Below, piece after piece: positions 43,435 through 54,071 of a DNA stretch of 64,000 bases. Under the pieces are notes generated by a model. It made no database searches and was not told where the DNA came from. It saw nothing but the letters and a program-made list of their open reading frames with translations. The translations under genes and the position numbers were made by a program. Each line of letters opens with the position of its first letter. Positions within the stretch are counted from its first letter, which is position 1. The DNA comes from Candidatus Saccharimonadota bacterium (GTDB taxonomy: Bacteria > Patescibacteriota > Saccharimonadia > Saccharimonadales > SLHW01): contig JBJHDA010000002.1 in NCBI GenBank assembly GCA_050486305.1, positions 10,659-74,658 of the forward strand. The letters are read 5' to 3'.

Positions 43435-43731
43435 ATGTTTACCGTAAGGATTCTTAAGCGAAAAGACGCAGTGTCGATTATTTTGGCGGTGGTACTAGGG
43501 CTAGTAGTGGCGCAGTTTATTAGTTCGGTGGCCCTCAGTTTATCGGCGCTATTGTCAGAGCTGATTAATCAAGCACCTGTGCAAGGGGTCCGGCAGTTTG
43601 AGTGGCGTTCGGGAATCTTCGACCCGGCAATCGCTATGGTGTTGCAGATTCTTGTTCTAGAAATTTTCCTTCAAATAGTTATTCGTACAAATAACTTACT
43701 AGAAAAAGCGAAGGAACATAAAAAACAGTGA
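43435..43731 (+). CDS. Small hypothetical membrane protein
   Basis: ORF track; two hydrophobic helices. Confidence 0.35.
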   Translation: MFTVRILKRKDAVSIILAVVLGLVVAQFISSVALSLSALLSELINQAPVQGVRQFEWRSGIFDPAIAMVLQILVLEIFLQIVIRTNNLLEKAKEHKKQ

Positions 43732-44132
43732 GTAAGCCGGGAGACGGTAGACGACAGCTAAGTGACGCACAGCGCAAGGTTTTACGAGAAAAAGAAACCG
43801 AGCCGCCATTCAGCGGTAAACTGCTTCATAATAAAAAAGAAGGCGTCTATGTCTGTGCAGATTGCGGAGCAACGTTATTTTCTAGCGATCATAAGTTTGA
43901 CTCAGGGTCAGGATGGCCAAGTTTTTTCGATGTCGCACAATATGGAGCAATAAAGCTTGTAAGTGACACAAGTCACGGGATTGAGCGGACTGAAGTGCAG
44001 TGCGCCAGCTGCAGCGGTCATTTGGGGCACGTATTTGATGATGCGCCGGAACAACCGACGGGCAAACGTTACTGTATAAACTCGCTCGCACTATCGTTCG
44101 AGCCAGCTAAACGAGGAAAAAAGCAGAAGTAA
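43728..44132 (+). CDS. msrB: Peptide-methionine (R)-S-oxide reductase MsrB
   Basis: CADCGATLFSSDHKFDSGSGWPSF...HGIERTEVQCASCSGHLGHVFDD. Confidence 0.9.
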   Translation: MSKPGDGRRQLSDAQRKVLREKETEPPFSGKLLHNKKEGVYVCADCGATLFSSDHKFDSGSGWPSFFDVAQYGAIKLVSDTSHGIERTEVQCASCSGHLGHVFDDAPEQPTGKRYCINSLALSFEPAKRGKKQK

Positions 44133-44188
44133 GATTAGAACGGCAACGTATTCTTGTACAATAATAACAGCGATAGGAGGCAAGTATT

Positions 44189-44533
44189 ATGGCACGTGAC
44201 CGAGCAAAAAAAGAACTGAGCAGCTTTATGGACTTTGTCCGGCAGCAAGGGGTTGTCGGTATTGCGGTGGGGCTGGCTGTTGGGGTTGCGGCAGCGAACG
44301 CCGTCCGTGAAGTAGTAGATGGGCTTATCAGCCCGATCGTGGGGTTTATACTGGCCGGAACAGAATTATCAGAGATAACGTGGAACACTGGCCTTACTCG
44401 GCATGGTGTCGATCTGGTGTTTGCTTGGGGCTCAGCCTTAAACGGCATAATCATACTACTGGCGACTGCGTTTATCATCTACATAATCGTACATAAGTTT
44501 CGGCTGGATAGGCTGGATAAGAAAAAAGACTGA
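44189..44533 (+). CDS. mscL: Large-conductance mechanosensitive channel MscL
   Basis: SFMDFVRQQGVVGIAVGLAVGVAAANAVREVVDGLISPIVGFIL...GVDLVFAWGSALNGIIILLATAFIIYIIV. Confidence 0.75.
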   Translation: MARDRAKKELSSFMDFVRQQGVVGIAVGLAVGVAAANAVREVVDGLISPIVGFILAGTELSEITWNTGLTRHGVDLVFAWGSALNGIIILLATAFIIYIIVHKFRLDRLDKKKD

Positions 44534-44541
44534 GGAGTATC

Positions 44542-45735
44542 ATGCGGAACAAGCGGCCGATTATATTAATAACTGTACTGTTGGTGGCGGGAGCGGCTAT
44601 TGGTGCCTGGATTTTAATTAACGGTGCAGGCAATGATCAGGCAGGACGGACAGATAACGGTGCTGAACAAGCGGATGAGTCAAGAGATTTTCTGCGTATC
44701 GTTGCGACAGGCGACATGATAGCGCACGATTCCGTCATCGCGAACGCAGAAGGCAACGGCAGCTATGATTTTTACTCACTCATGGAAAATATGCGTCCAT
44801 ATTTTGAACAAGCTGACGTAAGATTTTGTAATGAGGCTACGCCGGCTGGAGGCGAACAATTTGGTATCTCAGGTTACCCGATCTTTAATGCTCCACTTGA
44901 GTGGCACGATGGGATGGAGCAGGCAGGTTGTAATGTGATAAACCTTGGTACGAACCACACATACGACAAAGGCGAGGCACTTGTCGATGCTATGGTGGAT
45001 GATTGGCAGGGTAGAGATGTGCTCGCTACGGCCGGTGCGTACCGTAATCAAGCTGAGCGTGAACAAATCAGTTATTTCGAGGTGCACGATGTTACTTTTG
45101 CTTTCCTGTCATACAGTACGTATACCAACGAGCCGGTACCAAATAGCTACAGTCTTGTTCAGTACGATGAGCCAACGGCAACGCGTGAGATTACCGAAGC
45201 CAAAGAAAACGCAGACATTGTGTTGGTAAGTATGCGGTGGGGAACCGAGTACGCTGATTCGGCCGATGAGCAGCAGCAGCGTATTGCTCAGGAAATAGCT
45301 GATGCGGGAGCAGATTATGTGTTCGGTCACGGGCCGCATGTGCTCCAACCGGTAGAGCGGATTAACAGAGAGGATGGCGGCGAAACTATCGTCTGGCATT
45401 CGCTTGGTAACTTTCTGAACACACAAATTCCGGCTGACACGTTGATTGGTGGTTTTGCCGTTATGGACATTAGCTTGGAGGATTTTTCGCTGCAGCAACT
45501 TGGCTTTTTGCCAGTGTATTCGCACTACGAATGGTCGGCTGAAGAAGCTGCCGCACAGAACCTATTGGCGCGTCGTAATCTACAAATGTTTACGCTCGCG
45601 GAGACGGACGACAGCTATTTTGCACGCAACCAACTTGATACGACTGTTCAAGCCGAGACAGAACGGGTGCGAAATGTACTCAATCGCCTGAGCGACGTCA
45701 CAATAATGACACCAGAAGATTATCTGAGTAATTAA
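44542..45735 (+). CDS. CapA/PgsA-family metallophosphoesterase (poly-gamma-glutamate biosynthesis protein-like), N-terminal anchor
   Basis: FLRIVATGDMIAHDSV...CNVINLGTNHTYDKG...GADYVFGHGPHVLQP. Confidence 0.6.
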   Translation: MRNKRPIILITVLLVAGAAIGAWILINGAGNDQAGRTDNGAEQADESRDFLRIVATGDMIAHDSVIANAEGNGSYDFYSLMENMRPYFEQADVRFCNEATPAGGEQFGISGYPIFNAPLEWHDGMEQAGCNVINLGTNHTYDKGEALVDAMVDDWQGRDVLATAGAYRNQAEREQISYFEVHDVTFAFLSYSTYTNEPVPNSYSLVQYDEPTATREITEAKENADIVLVSMRWGTEYADSADEQQQRIAQEIADAGADYVFGHGPHVLQPVERINREDGGETIVWHSLGNFLNTQIPADTLIGGFAVMDISLEDFSLQQLGFLPVYSHYEWSAEEAAAQNLLARRNLQMFTLAETDDSYFARNQLDTTVQAETERVRNVLNRLSDVTIMTPEDYLSN

Positions 45736-45936
45736 TTTTTTGCTTGAAAGATGCTCAGTTGAGTAGCCAGCTGATGCATGGATAAACAGGAGCTAATTAC
45801 AGATACGGCTGCTTGACTGGACAATCTGCTAATGCTACTGTTTTACTACTGTTATTTGTGAGAAATATTGATGATGTGAGCCGTCACATCAAACGCTAAA
45901 ACACACTGAACTGAAACTAATTTTGAGGTACCAACA

Positions 45937-47154
45937 ATGAAACAAACGCAGCAGCAGGCGCATAACCAGCGCTTCTTTGCGACTGCACTGCTAATTGGTG
46001 TTCTCATTGCTGTATCAATTACCGGGCTTATCGTTACCGCATTTGCTTATACTCTGCTCGGTGACAGGGAGATTCGGATGGGCAGCTCCCAGCCTGGTGA
46101 TGTCACCGACTACACGGTTGAGTTTGAGGTATCGACCGGTGGCAACCTCGGTGGTATTGCAATCACATTTTGCGCCGACTCACCAGTGATTGGTGATCCG
46201 GAGTGCGTCGCTCCTACCGGCTTTGACTTAACGGCAGCACTCGATAACCTTGACGCAGGTGACGTTGACCTTACCGGTTATCAGATAGCTGTATCAAATC
46301 ATGCCAGTTCAGGCGGAAGTGGTGACAATACGGCAGTGGTAAGTTCAGTAGCTCCGGCAAGCGTCTCTGCTGGCGAAACGGTCTCTCTCGATCTTTTGGG
46401 TGTGACGAATCCTTCAGATAATGGAACATTTTTTGCACGCATATACACATATGAAGAGGCAAACCATGCGTTAGGATATGATTTAGAGAATCCTTCAGAG
46501 GAGGGTGACGTAGTGGATGCCGGTGGGGTGGCGCTCAGTACGGCAGAGACAATCGACATTACCTTTATGGTGCAGGAGCGTATTACGTTTTGTGTCTTTA
46601 CGAACGAACTAAGCGCTCCAGGCGATTATCAAACTTGCAGCGGCACGAGTGCCGGCGCGGTGGTAATGGGTGATGATAACGGATTTTTAAGTGTAGATGA
46701 GCCATCTATTAGTAAAGATACTAAGTATAATATTGCGACCAATGCTTCTGCCGGAGCGACGATTCGAGTGCGAGGCAATACGTTAGCATCAGGGTCCGCG
46801 ATGATTGACCCGATTGGCAGCACTGCAGCAGGCAGCGTTCCTGGCACTGAGCAATTCGGCTTGTGTACGTATTTGCATCCGAATAGCCTCAGCGGTGGAC
46901 TGGTTCCAAGTAGTCCTTACAATCACGCAGATTGTGTAAATACGGTCGCTGGACAGGGCAGCGGCAATGATGCCGGCGCGCAGTTTGCATTTGATGATAC
47001 AGGAATAGCAAGTCCGTATGGGCAGGCTATTGCCACAAAAACAGCCGGTGATTGGTCTACTGGGAAGCTGGTACTGCTAGCAAATGTAAGTAACGTGACC
47101 CAGCCGGGCATCTATACGACGGAATTTTACGTTGTGGCGACTGGCCGGTATTGA
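45937..47154 (+). CDS. Hypothetical exported/anchored Gly/Ala/Thr-rich protein
   Basis: N-terminal TM helix FFATALLIGVLIAVSITGLIVTAFAY. No enzyme motifs recognised. Confidence 0.35.
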   Translation: MKQTQQQAHNQRFFATALLIGVLIAVSITGLIVTAFAYTLLGDREIRMGSSQPGDVTDYTVEFEVSTGGNLGGIAITFCADSPVIGDPECVAPTGFDLTAALDNLDAGDVDLTGYQIAVSNHASSGGSGDNTAVVSSVAPASVSAGETVSLDLLGVTNPSDNGTFFARIYTYEEANHALGYDLENPSEEGDVVDAGGVALSTAETIDITFMVQERITFCVFTNELSAPGDYQTCSGTSAGAVVMGDDNGFLSVDEPSISKDTKYNIATNASAGATIRVRGNTLASGSAMIDPIGSTAAGSVPGTEQFGLCTYLHPNSLSGGLVPSSPYNHADCVNTVAGQGSGNDAGAQFAFDDTGIASPYGQAIATKTAGDWSTGKLVLLANVSNVTQPGIYTTEFYVVATGRY

Positions 47155-47178
47155 GCTACACCGGTTAGTAGCGAGAGC

Positions 47179-47733
47179 TTATTTCTGTGCCTTTAGCCAG
47201 TCCAGGTAAAATTGTAACTCGGCGATTGATGCCTGGATATCATCAAAGGCTCGGTGAATCTCTTTTTTTTCAAACATAACGCCGTATTTTCCCTGCATCA
47301 ACACTTTAAGGGCGCTAACGTCCAGCATACGGTAATGAAGCTTTAAGTCTAGATTCGGCATCCAGTACTTTAAGAAATTCCGGTCGTTATGTATAGAGTT
47401 GCCGGCAAGGACGGCCGGCTCGTCGCCAAAATGTTTTTTGACAAGGGCGAGCAGGTCGTTCTCGACGTCTGATAGCGGCTTGCCCTCGCTTAGTTTATCG
47501 ACAAAATCATCTCGGTTCTCAGGAAACTCACGCCACCAGATATTCTTTTGCATTCTATCGATGACGGTTTGCTTCTTCTGCTGGATGCGCGCTTCGTAAT
47601 TACCAAGCGTCTTGAATTGAAAATCCGTTACTTCTACCGCTACTTCCAAAAGAACGTCCTTTTCCGGCTCGAGCCCGGTCATTTCCAGATCCATCCACAG
47701 TAATTTTGTCGGGAGTGCTTTTTTGTCTATCAT
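47179..47733 (-). CDS. orn: Oligoribonuclease (DEDDh 3'-5' exonuclease)
   Basis: LLWMDLEMTGLEPEKDVLLEVAV...LAGNSIHNDRNFLKYWMPNLDLKLHYRMLDVS. Confidence 0.85.
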   Translation of the reverse strand: MIDKKALPTKLLWMDLEMTGLEPEKDVLLEVAVEVTDFQFKTLGNYEARIQQKKQTVIDRMQKNIWWREFPENRDDFVDKLSEGKPLSDVENDLLALVKKHFGDEPAVLAGNSIHNDRNFLKYWMPNLDLKLHYRMLDVSALKVLMQGKYGVMFEKKEIHRAFDDIQASIAELQFYLDWLKAQK

Positions 47734-47834
47734 CTTGGGTGTTAGTATAGCGTGTTTCTGGGCATCTCATAAAGTAACGGATAGTGTGGCTAACGTGTCG
47801 CCCGTTCATTTACATACGCGCTATACTGGTAAGC

Positions 47835-48647
47835 ATGAATAAAAAAAGAGTGCCATTACTGTTAATTGTCGTTGTCGTAATCTTGGCCGGGGCGCTATTT
47901 ATATGGGCTGACCGGGCAGGCGCACCAACGAACAACGAGGCAGAGCCAGCACCGGACGCATCCACGAATGAAGCTGAGGCTGATGATTCTGGTTTTGACA
48001 GGAGCTTATACAGTATTGATGAGCCAGGCAGCCCGTGGTGGATCGTGAACCGGGAGCGGCCGCTACCAGATGGCTACGTTCCGCCAGATTTAACGGTGCC
48101 TGACGTACGGTTACGGCTCGGGGCGGGCGAAGAGCAAATGCAGTTTAGCCAACAGGCCGTACCTGCTCTTGAAGATATGTTTGCGGCAGCAGGTGACGAT
48201 GGCGTGGAGCTAGTTTTTGGCAGCGGCTATCGGTCTGAGCAGCTGCAGGCGCAATTTTATAATTCGTATGTTGAGCGGGATGGACAAGAAGCAGCGGATA
48301 GGTATTCCGCCCGGCCTGGCACGAGCGAGCACCAAACAGGCCTAGCAGTAGATATCACGACACCAAGCGGGGAATGTCACCTGGAGGTTTGTTTTGAGGA
48401 TTTGCCGCAAGGTCAGTGGCTTAGCGAAAACGCTCACCGATACGGCTTCATTATCCGGTACCCTGAGGGTAAGGAGGATATAACCGGTTATCAGTACGAG
48501 CCGTGGCACCTGCGTTATGTCGGAGAGGAGCTAGCGACCGAGCTGTATGAGACAGGCCAGACTATGGAAGAATTCTTCGATGTAGTGGGATATATGCCTC
48601 AAGTCCTTGCTTATGCCCGTATGGCTGGCTGCACCTGCTGCTGCTAG
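47835..48647 (+). CDS. D-Ala-D-Ala carboxypeptidase / VanY-like M15 peptidase, N-terminally anchored
   Basis: Start chosen at ATG 47835 (MNKKRVPLLLIVVVVILAG). The track ORF begins at 47784. M15 motifs: GSGYRSEQLQ...SARPGTSEHQTGLAVDIT...EPWHLRYVG. Confidence 0.7.
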   Translation: MNKKRVPLLLIVVVVILAGALFIWADRAGAPTNNEAEPAPDASTNEAEADDSGFDRSLYSIDEPGSPWWIVNRERPLPDGYVPPDLTVPDVRLRLGAGEEQMQFSQQAVPALEDMFAAAGDDGVELVFGSGYRSEQLQAQFYNSYVERDGQEAADRYSARPGTSEHQTGLAVDITTPSGECHLEVCFEDLPQGQWLSENAHRYGFIIRYPEGKEDITGYQYEPWHLRYVGEELATELYETGQTMEEFFDVVGYMPQVLAYARMAGCTCCC

Positions 48648-48708
48648 ATTTCTTATCTAGCTAGAAAGAGGCTTACTCTGACTCAACAGTGAGGGTAGAG
48701 TAATAAAA

Positions 48709-48736
48709 TTGACAAAATTATAAAAAATGCTATAAT
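48709..48736 (+). promoter_or_regulatory. Sigma-70-type promoter (TTGACA-16-TATAAT) upstream of 48782 gene
   Basis: TTGACA at 48709-48714. TATAAT at 48731-48736. Confidence 0.5.
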
Positions 48737-48781
48737 AAATTATATGTATACTTTTATCAATGGATTGGTAAAGATTCAATC

Positions 48782-49432
48782 ATGAGCCGCGCTGTTTACA
48801 TAGGTGGCTTTAGTGGTGGCGAAGCGTATGCCGGCGAGGTAAAAGAGGCGCTTGGTAATCACTTTGAAGATGTTGATTCCTTTAGCTTCCCTGAAGCGAT
48901 GGCTGACCCAGAGTCTATACGTAAAGCAACAGAGCGTATGACCGTAATTACTCACTCTGCGGGTATGTTAGCGTTACACGATGCAGTACGTCCGGCAGAG
49001 TTACACGCATTCGGCGCACCGCTGCCTGCCAATAGAATGCAATTAATAATGCGAACTTTTGCAAAATCTAACCAGATGATTGGTCGCATCCGGTCACTCG
49101 CTGATGCAAAAGCCGTTGCTAAATTTCATGCGAGGAGTGGGGCAGAATTGTTTCTTCCAACGCGAGCACTTGGTCACTGGAAGCCGTTTTTTGCGGGTGA
49201 TATTAGCCGGTTTGACTCACTTGTTGCCGGAGAAGGCATAGCAAGCCAGAGCGCGCGTGTAGAGTTGAATTATGGTGACGCTGACAGATATTTTACCGTT
49301 CCAGAAGATGTAAGGGTACGAGCAAGTAAGATTCCTGGCGTTACTTTGAGCATGCTGCCCGGACAAACACATGATGATTTTGTTATGCGACCGGACGAAG
49401 TGTTAAGCGATTATCTATCGAAGCAAAAGTAA
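48782..49432 (+). CDS. Hypothetical alpha/beta-hydrolase-like protein
   Basis: Nucleophile-elbow-like ITHSAGML. No further confident motifs. Confidence 0.3.
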   Translation: MSRAVYIGGFSGGEAYAGEVKEALGNHFEDVDSFSFPEAMADPESIRKATERMTVITHSAGMLALHDAVRPAELHAFGAPLPANRMQLIMRTFAKSNQMIGRIRSLADAKAVAKFHARSGAELFLPTRALGHWKPFFAGDISRFDSLVAGEGIASQSARVELNYGDADRYFTVPEDVRVRASKIPGVTLSMLPGQTHDDFVMRPDEVLSDYLSKQK

Positions 49433-49472
49433 GCCCATTCCTATAAAAAGGCTGCCTTTACATTTATGGTTT

Positions 49473-49504
49473 GAGAACAATACCGCATGAGAACAATACC
49501 GCAT
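49473..49504. repeat. Perfect 16-bp tandem direct repeat (gagaacaataccgcat x2) in promoter region of 49587 gene
   Basis: Seen directly; possible operator. Confidence 0.6.
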
Positions 49505-49586
49505 ATGAAAAAACAGACTATTTTCAAAATGTTCGTTGAGGAGTACAATGCGGGCATAAATTTTTAAACTCAAAAGGAGTTAACAG

Positions 49587-49901
49587 ATGAGCGCCAATGG
49601 AATAGAGCTAAGAGGTAAGTGTGCAGATACGCAGGTTGACCCATATGATGTTGCTGAGCAGCTAGTACAGCTGACAGAAATGGATCCGGAAGACAGAAAA
49701 GGGCTGAGTCTTGAAATAGCAAAGCATTGCCTAAACTGCACGGTAGAAAACCCAGGTGCACCGGATATCGTTTCTGCCGACCGTCTCCGCTCTGATCCAG
49801 ATACAGACGTTTGCCCGATTTCTGCCCGCCGAGCCGCTTTACTGGCAGTAGAGGAGCATGTGGAGCTTGTGCCACGCCAATGCACCGGCGTATCAATTTA
49901 G
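49587..49901 (+). CDS. Hypothetical small Cys-containing protein
   Basis: Good ribosome-binding site (AAAAGGAG 7 nt before the ATG). Confidence 0.4.
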   Translation: MSANGIELRGKCADTQVDPYDVAEQLVQLTEMDPEDRKGLSLEIAKHCLNCTVENPGAPDIVSADRLRSDPDTDVCPISARRAALLAVEEHVELVPRQCTGVSI

Positions 49902-49922
49902 GTTTCTTTAAGTTGAGCAAAA

Positions 49923-49978
49923 AAATACTTGCCCGGGCAAGTATTTAAAAATAGGTAGCTAAAAAGCTATCTATTTTT
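49923..49978. terminator. Two tandem hairpin terminators
   Basis: First is aaatacttgccc/gggcaagtattt, a perfect 12-bp palindrome. Second is aaataggtagct-aaaa-agctatctattt followed by ttt. Confidence 0.65.
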
Positions 49979-50013
49979 AAAGACATAACAGGGAGAGTGA
50001 CAATCCGTAACGT

Positions 50014-50382
50014 GTGGTTTACACTGGACAGGATATGGATCATAAGATAGTAGAGGACTACATACTGAGCATGCCGAATAGCCGGCTAGATTACCCATTT
50101 GGTGAAGGGGTTGCCGTGTACAAAACCGGTGATAAAATGTTTGCGCTGATTCAAGAAGGGAAAGCGCCGGTGCGCTTAAGTCTCAAGTGCGACCCGCAGC
50201 TTGCAAAATTATTACGCGAAAAATACGAAACTGTCCTAGAGGGTTATCACTTGAATAAAAAACACTGGAATACCATGCTATTGACCGGACAGTTGCCGTG
50301 GGAGGAAGTGCAAGCGCTTATCCTGCATAGCTATAACCTCGTTACGAAAACTGATTCTGAAACACCAGAAGTGCTTGGCTAG
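50014..50382 (+). CDS. MmcQ/YjbR-family protein
   Basis: VEDYILSMPNSRLDYPFGEGVAVYKTGDKMFALI...HLNKKHWNTM. Confidence 0.55.
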   Translation: MVYTGQDMDHKIVEDYILSMPNSRLDYPFGEGVAVYKTGDKMFALIQEGKAPVRLSLKCDPQLAKLLREKYETVLEGYHLNKKHWNTMLLTGQLPWEEVQALILHSYNLVTKTDSETPEVLG

Positions 50383-50978
50383 AGGTCTTCGATTGCGTTA
50401 TGCAACAGCACTGCTTCATCGAATAACTCCTGTAGCAGTGCTAGATCATTTCCGGTTGCTTCATCTGCGGCACGACGTATTGCCTCAATATAGCTTGCCA
50501 GTTCATTTTGCATAATCTCGACGAACACCGCGTCAAATCTGTTCGCTTGTTCTGCAGATTCCAGTTCAGTGGTTGTTGACTGGCTTTCTAGGAGACGCAA
50601 ATCGGCTGTCCGAAGACTCCTGCCTTTACTGGCCACATTGCTGATCACTTGTCGCTGAGATGACTCTACTGACGCTTTGGTGGTTATAGCGATGTTGAGT
50701 GCTTGCTGGGAGCGTGCTTTGCTGGTGCCGATGTCGGCGATTCGGGTGATTTCTTCTTGGCGCTGTGCGAGGTTAACGAACCGCTCGGTCATGTCAGTGC
50801 CACCGCCAAAAATTAGCGCCATCATTAGAGAAATAAAGAGCAGCAGTATTCCGCCGCCAGCAGCCACAATAATAATCCTGGTTTTTTTATCAGCGCTTGT
50901 AAAGAAGCCGGTCTTTGTTTCTTTTTGCTCAAGAAAGCTATAGTCAGGTGCCGGGTTATTTTGTTCCATCCTATGCAC
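50379..50978 (-). CDS. Hypothetical membrane-anchored helical protein
   Basis: TM helix IIIVAAGGGILLLFISLMMALIFGG. Confidence 0.35.
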   Translation of the reverse strand: MHRMEQNNPAPDYSFLEQKETKTGFFTSADKKTRIIIVAAGGGILLLFISLMMALIFGGGTDMTERFVNLAQRQEEITRIADIGTSKARSQQALNIAITTKASVESSQRQVISNVASKGRSLRTADLRLLESQSTTTELESAEQANRFDAVFVEIMQNELASYIEAIRRAADEATGNDLALLQELFDEAVLLHNAIEDL

Positions 50979-51101
50979 AATAATAGTTCAATTTAAGGAT
51001 AAGGGCAAAGCACTGTCCGGGTTTGCGCACATAAGGGAGGTCTTTTTCGTAAACCACTTAAGCTATCACCTGTCACGCATAACCTATATACTAAAGATAA
51101 T

Positions 51102-52859
51102 ATGGATGCAGTCGAGGATATTAAAAGCCGGCTTTCTATCGAGGATGTTGTCGGTGACTATCTCGAGCTTAAGCGGTCAGGCCGTAATTTTAAGGCGCTT
51201 AGCCCGTTCACGAACGAAAAAACACCGAGCTTCATGATAAGCCCGGAAAAACAGATTTGGCATGACTTTAGCTCCAATAAGGGTGGCGACATGTTTTCAT
51301 TTGTGATGGAGATGGAGGGGCTTGATTTCAAGGGCGCGCTAGAACTGCTGGCCCGCAAAGCAGGTCTCGATATCAGTACGTATCGGTCTGGCAACAACAA
51401 AGGTGCCGCAAGATTGAAAGAGCGAATGTATGAAGCGCTCGATCAGGCAGCAAATTTTTATCAACGGTATTTGACGAAGCATGAGCAAGCACTCACGTAC
51501 GTACGCAAAAAGCGCGGTTTTGATAAAGAGACAATGTTGGAATTTAGGATCGGCTATTCGCCAGATAACGGCACGGAGCTGTATTCGTATCTACGCGGCA
51601 AGAAGTTTACGGACGAGGAGCTGCAAAAAGCCGGTTTAATGGTAGTACGATACAACAAGCCAAGCGATATGTTTCGAGGGCGGATTATGGTGCCACTCAT
51701 GGATCCGCAGGGGAGGGTTATCGGATTTACGGCTCGGCTGCTCCGCGACGATCCGAATGCTCCAAAGTACATAAACACCCCACAGACGATACTGTACGAT
51801 AAAGGTCGCCACGTTTTCGCCTTCCATCTAGCGAAAGAAGCAATACGCAAAGAAAAAGTGTGCGTGATGGTGGAAGGAAACCTAGACGTGGTTTCAGCTC
51901 ACCAGGCAGGCACAAAGCACGTTGTGGCCACAGCCGGTACTGCTCTGACAGAAAGCCACCTGAAGACTGTCTTACACTTTACCGATGACGTTAGAATTTG
52001 TTTCGATCAAGACGCTGCCGGGCAAGATGCTATTGAACGGTCGATTGCTGTTGCGAGCAAGCTCGGTGTTTCGTTATCTGTTCTGCCGCTTCCGGAAGGA
52101 AAAGATCCAGACGATGTTATTCGCAGCAATAAAAAAGATTGGCAGGCAGTATTAAAGCAGCCAGTTTACGCGATTGATTGGTTGCTTGAGCGGTACGAAA
52201 AGCAGCTCGATATCACAACCGCCCAAGGGAAGCGGGGGTTTACGGATATCGTGCTCCGGCGACTAGCAGATATACATGACCCGGTAGAGCGGGAGCACTA
52301 TATTACTGTGCTGGCTCGCCGATTGGAGGTGTCACCCGATGCGCTACGGATGAAGTTGGCCTCTGAAACTGCGGTAAAGAAGCAGCGCTATCACAAAAAA
52401 CCAAAGACAGATGTAGCGAGCGCAACGGCTGACGAAAAAAAGAGCCGAGAAAGGGCGAAGCTCCAAGACCACCTATTGGCCCTTGGGCTTATGCAGCCAG
52501 CGCTGCGGAAAACCGTGGTAGCCATTCCTGAAGAGGTTATGGAAGGAGAGGCAGCGCAGAAACTATATAAAATACTGCAGCAACATACAGACGGTGCAAC
52601 AGAGATTTTAACTGATGGTTCGTTGAAGGGGGTGACAGATTATGTTAAAATTTTACAATTGCAATTTGAAGAGCTTTACTCTGGGAGAGATTTGGTGGAG
52701 CTTCGAGACGAAGCAAAGCGAACAAAAGCTCTATTGACGAAAAAATATGTCGACTATAAGACAAGCGAGATCACAGCGCAACTTGGTGATGTTGACGAAG
52801 CAACAGAAAAGGCGTTATTAGAACAGGTAAATCATTTAAACACGCTCCTAAGGCAGTAA
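51102..52859 (+). CDS. dnaG: DNA primase DnaG with a cysteine-less (degenerate) N-terminal zinc-ribbon
   Basis: Zinc-binding motif reads [37 protein letters not shown], against canonical CPFH.EKTPSF...CFGCG. TOPRIM block [16 protein letters not shown] is intact. Confidence 0.85.
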   Translation: MDAVEDIKSRLSIEDVVGDYLELKRSGRNFKALSPFTNEKTPSFMISPEKQIWHDFSSNKGGDMFSFVMEMEGLDFKGALELLARKAGLDISTYRSGNNKGAARLKERMYEALDQAANFYQRYLTKHEQALTYVRKKRGFDKETMLEFRIGYSPDNGTELYSYLRGKKFTDEELQKAGLMVVRYNKPSDMFRGRIMVPLMDPQGRVIGFTARLLRDDPNAPKYINTPQTILYDKGRHVFAFHLAKEAIRKEKVCVMVEGNLDVVSAHQAGTKHVVATAGTALTESHLKTVLHFTDDVRICFDQDAAGQDAIERSIAVASKLGVSLSVLPLPEGKDPDDVIRSNKKDWQAVLKQPVYAIDWLLERYEKQLDITTAQGKRGFTDIVLRRLADIHDPVEREHYITVLARRLEVSPDALRMKLASETAVKKQRYHKKPKTDVASATADEKKSRERAKLQDHLLALGLMQPALRKTVVAIPEEVMEGEAAQKLYKILQQHTDGATEILTDGSLKGVTDYVKILQLQFEELYSGRDLVELRDEAKRTKALLTKKYVDYKTSEITAQLGDVDEATEKALLEQVNHLNTLLRQ

Positions 52860-52882
52860 GTAAGAGGGGACACTTATATATT

Positions 52883-54049
52883 ATGGCGAAGCAAAAGAAG
52901 CAAGAGCAAGACAAGGCAAAGACGACAAAGCCTGATGCCAAGACCAAGAAAACAGAACAGGACAAGCAGCTTGATCCACAAGCTGTTGTTCAGCTCGTTG
53001 AAGAAGCGACAAAAAAGGGAAAGATTGAACAAAAAGATATCTTCAAGGTTATCCCCGATACTCAAAAAAACGAAGATGTTCTAGATGCGCTTTATACTCA
53101 ACTTGATGAATCGGGAGTTGAGATTGTTATCCCGCCAGAGATAAACAAAAAGAGTGATGAATGGGTCAGTGACGATGATGAAGAGGTCGTGCCGCAAGAT
53201 ACCTCCTACCTGGACGATATTTCTGATGATTCCGTTCGCTTGTACCTACGTGAAATCGGTAAAATTCCGCTATTAAGTGCAGAAGAAGAGCTGGAGCTGG
53301 CGAACAAGGTTGTTGCCGGAGAGCCTGGTGCGAAAGATAAAATGGCCGAGGCAAATATGCGACTTGTTGTATCGATAGCCAAGCGGTATGTCGGGCGTGG
53401 CCTGGACTTGCTCGATCTCATCCAGGAAGGCAACACTGGTTTGCTCCGGGCTGTTGAAAAGTTTGACCCAGACAAAGGGTTCAAGTTCAGTACGTATGCG
53501 ACCTGGTGGATCAGGCAGGCTATCACTCGTGCTATTGCTGATCAGGCCAGAACAATACGTATACCAGTCCACATGGTCGAAACGATCAACAAATTGCTTC
53601 GGACCCAACGGCGATTGACGCAAGATTTAAACCGCGAGCCAACCAATGAAGAGATTGCTCAAGCGATGGAGCTGGAAGTTGAAAAAGTTGAACACATTAT
53701 GAAGATCAAGCAGGACATATCGAGTCTAGACGCATCCGTGCGGGATGACGAAGAGGACTCGGTGCTCGGTGATTTCATCGTTGATGAAGACACGATTACC
53801 CCTGAAGAGTCAGCGACTGGCTCACTCCTAAAAGAGCATGTAAAAGATTTGCTCGGTACGCTGACAGAGCGTGAACAAAAAATCCTGAAGCTCCGTTTCG
53901 GTCTAGAAGATGGCAAGAGTCATACACTTGAAGAGGTCGGGCAAGAGTTTATGGTCACTCGCGAGCGAATACGGCAAATCGAAGCGAAGGCACTGGCGAA
54001 ATTGCGCAAGCACCGCGATAGCCGACGTATGCACGATTACTTAAAATAA
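52883..54049 (+). CDS. rpoD: RNA polymerase sigma factor RpoD (sigma-70 family, primary)
   Basis: [76 protein letters not shown], and a region-4 HTH. Confidence 0.9.
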   Translation: MAKQKKQEQDKAKTTKPDAKTKKTEQDKQLDPQAVVQLVEEATKKGKIEQKDIFKVIPDTQKNEDVLDALYTQLDESGVEIVIPPEINKKSDEWVSDDDEEVVPQDTSYLDDISDDSVRLYLREIGKIPLLSAEEELELANKVVAGEPGAKDKMAEANMRLVVSIAKRYVGRGLDLLDLIQEGNTGLLRAVEKFDPDKGFKFSTYATWWIRQAITRAIADQARTIRIPVHMVETINKLLRTQRRLTQDLNREPTNEEIAQAMELEVEKVEHIMKIKQDISSLDASVRDDEEDSVLGDFIVDEDTITPEESATGSLLKEHVKDLLGTLTEREQKILKLRFGLEDGKSHTLEEVGQEFMVTRERIRQIEAKALAKLRKHRDSRRMHDYLK

Positions 54050-54071
54050 AAATTCGTAGTATTCTAGCGTT

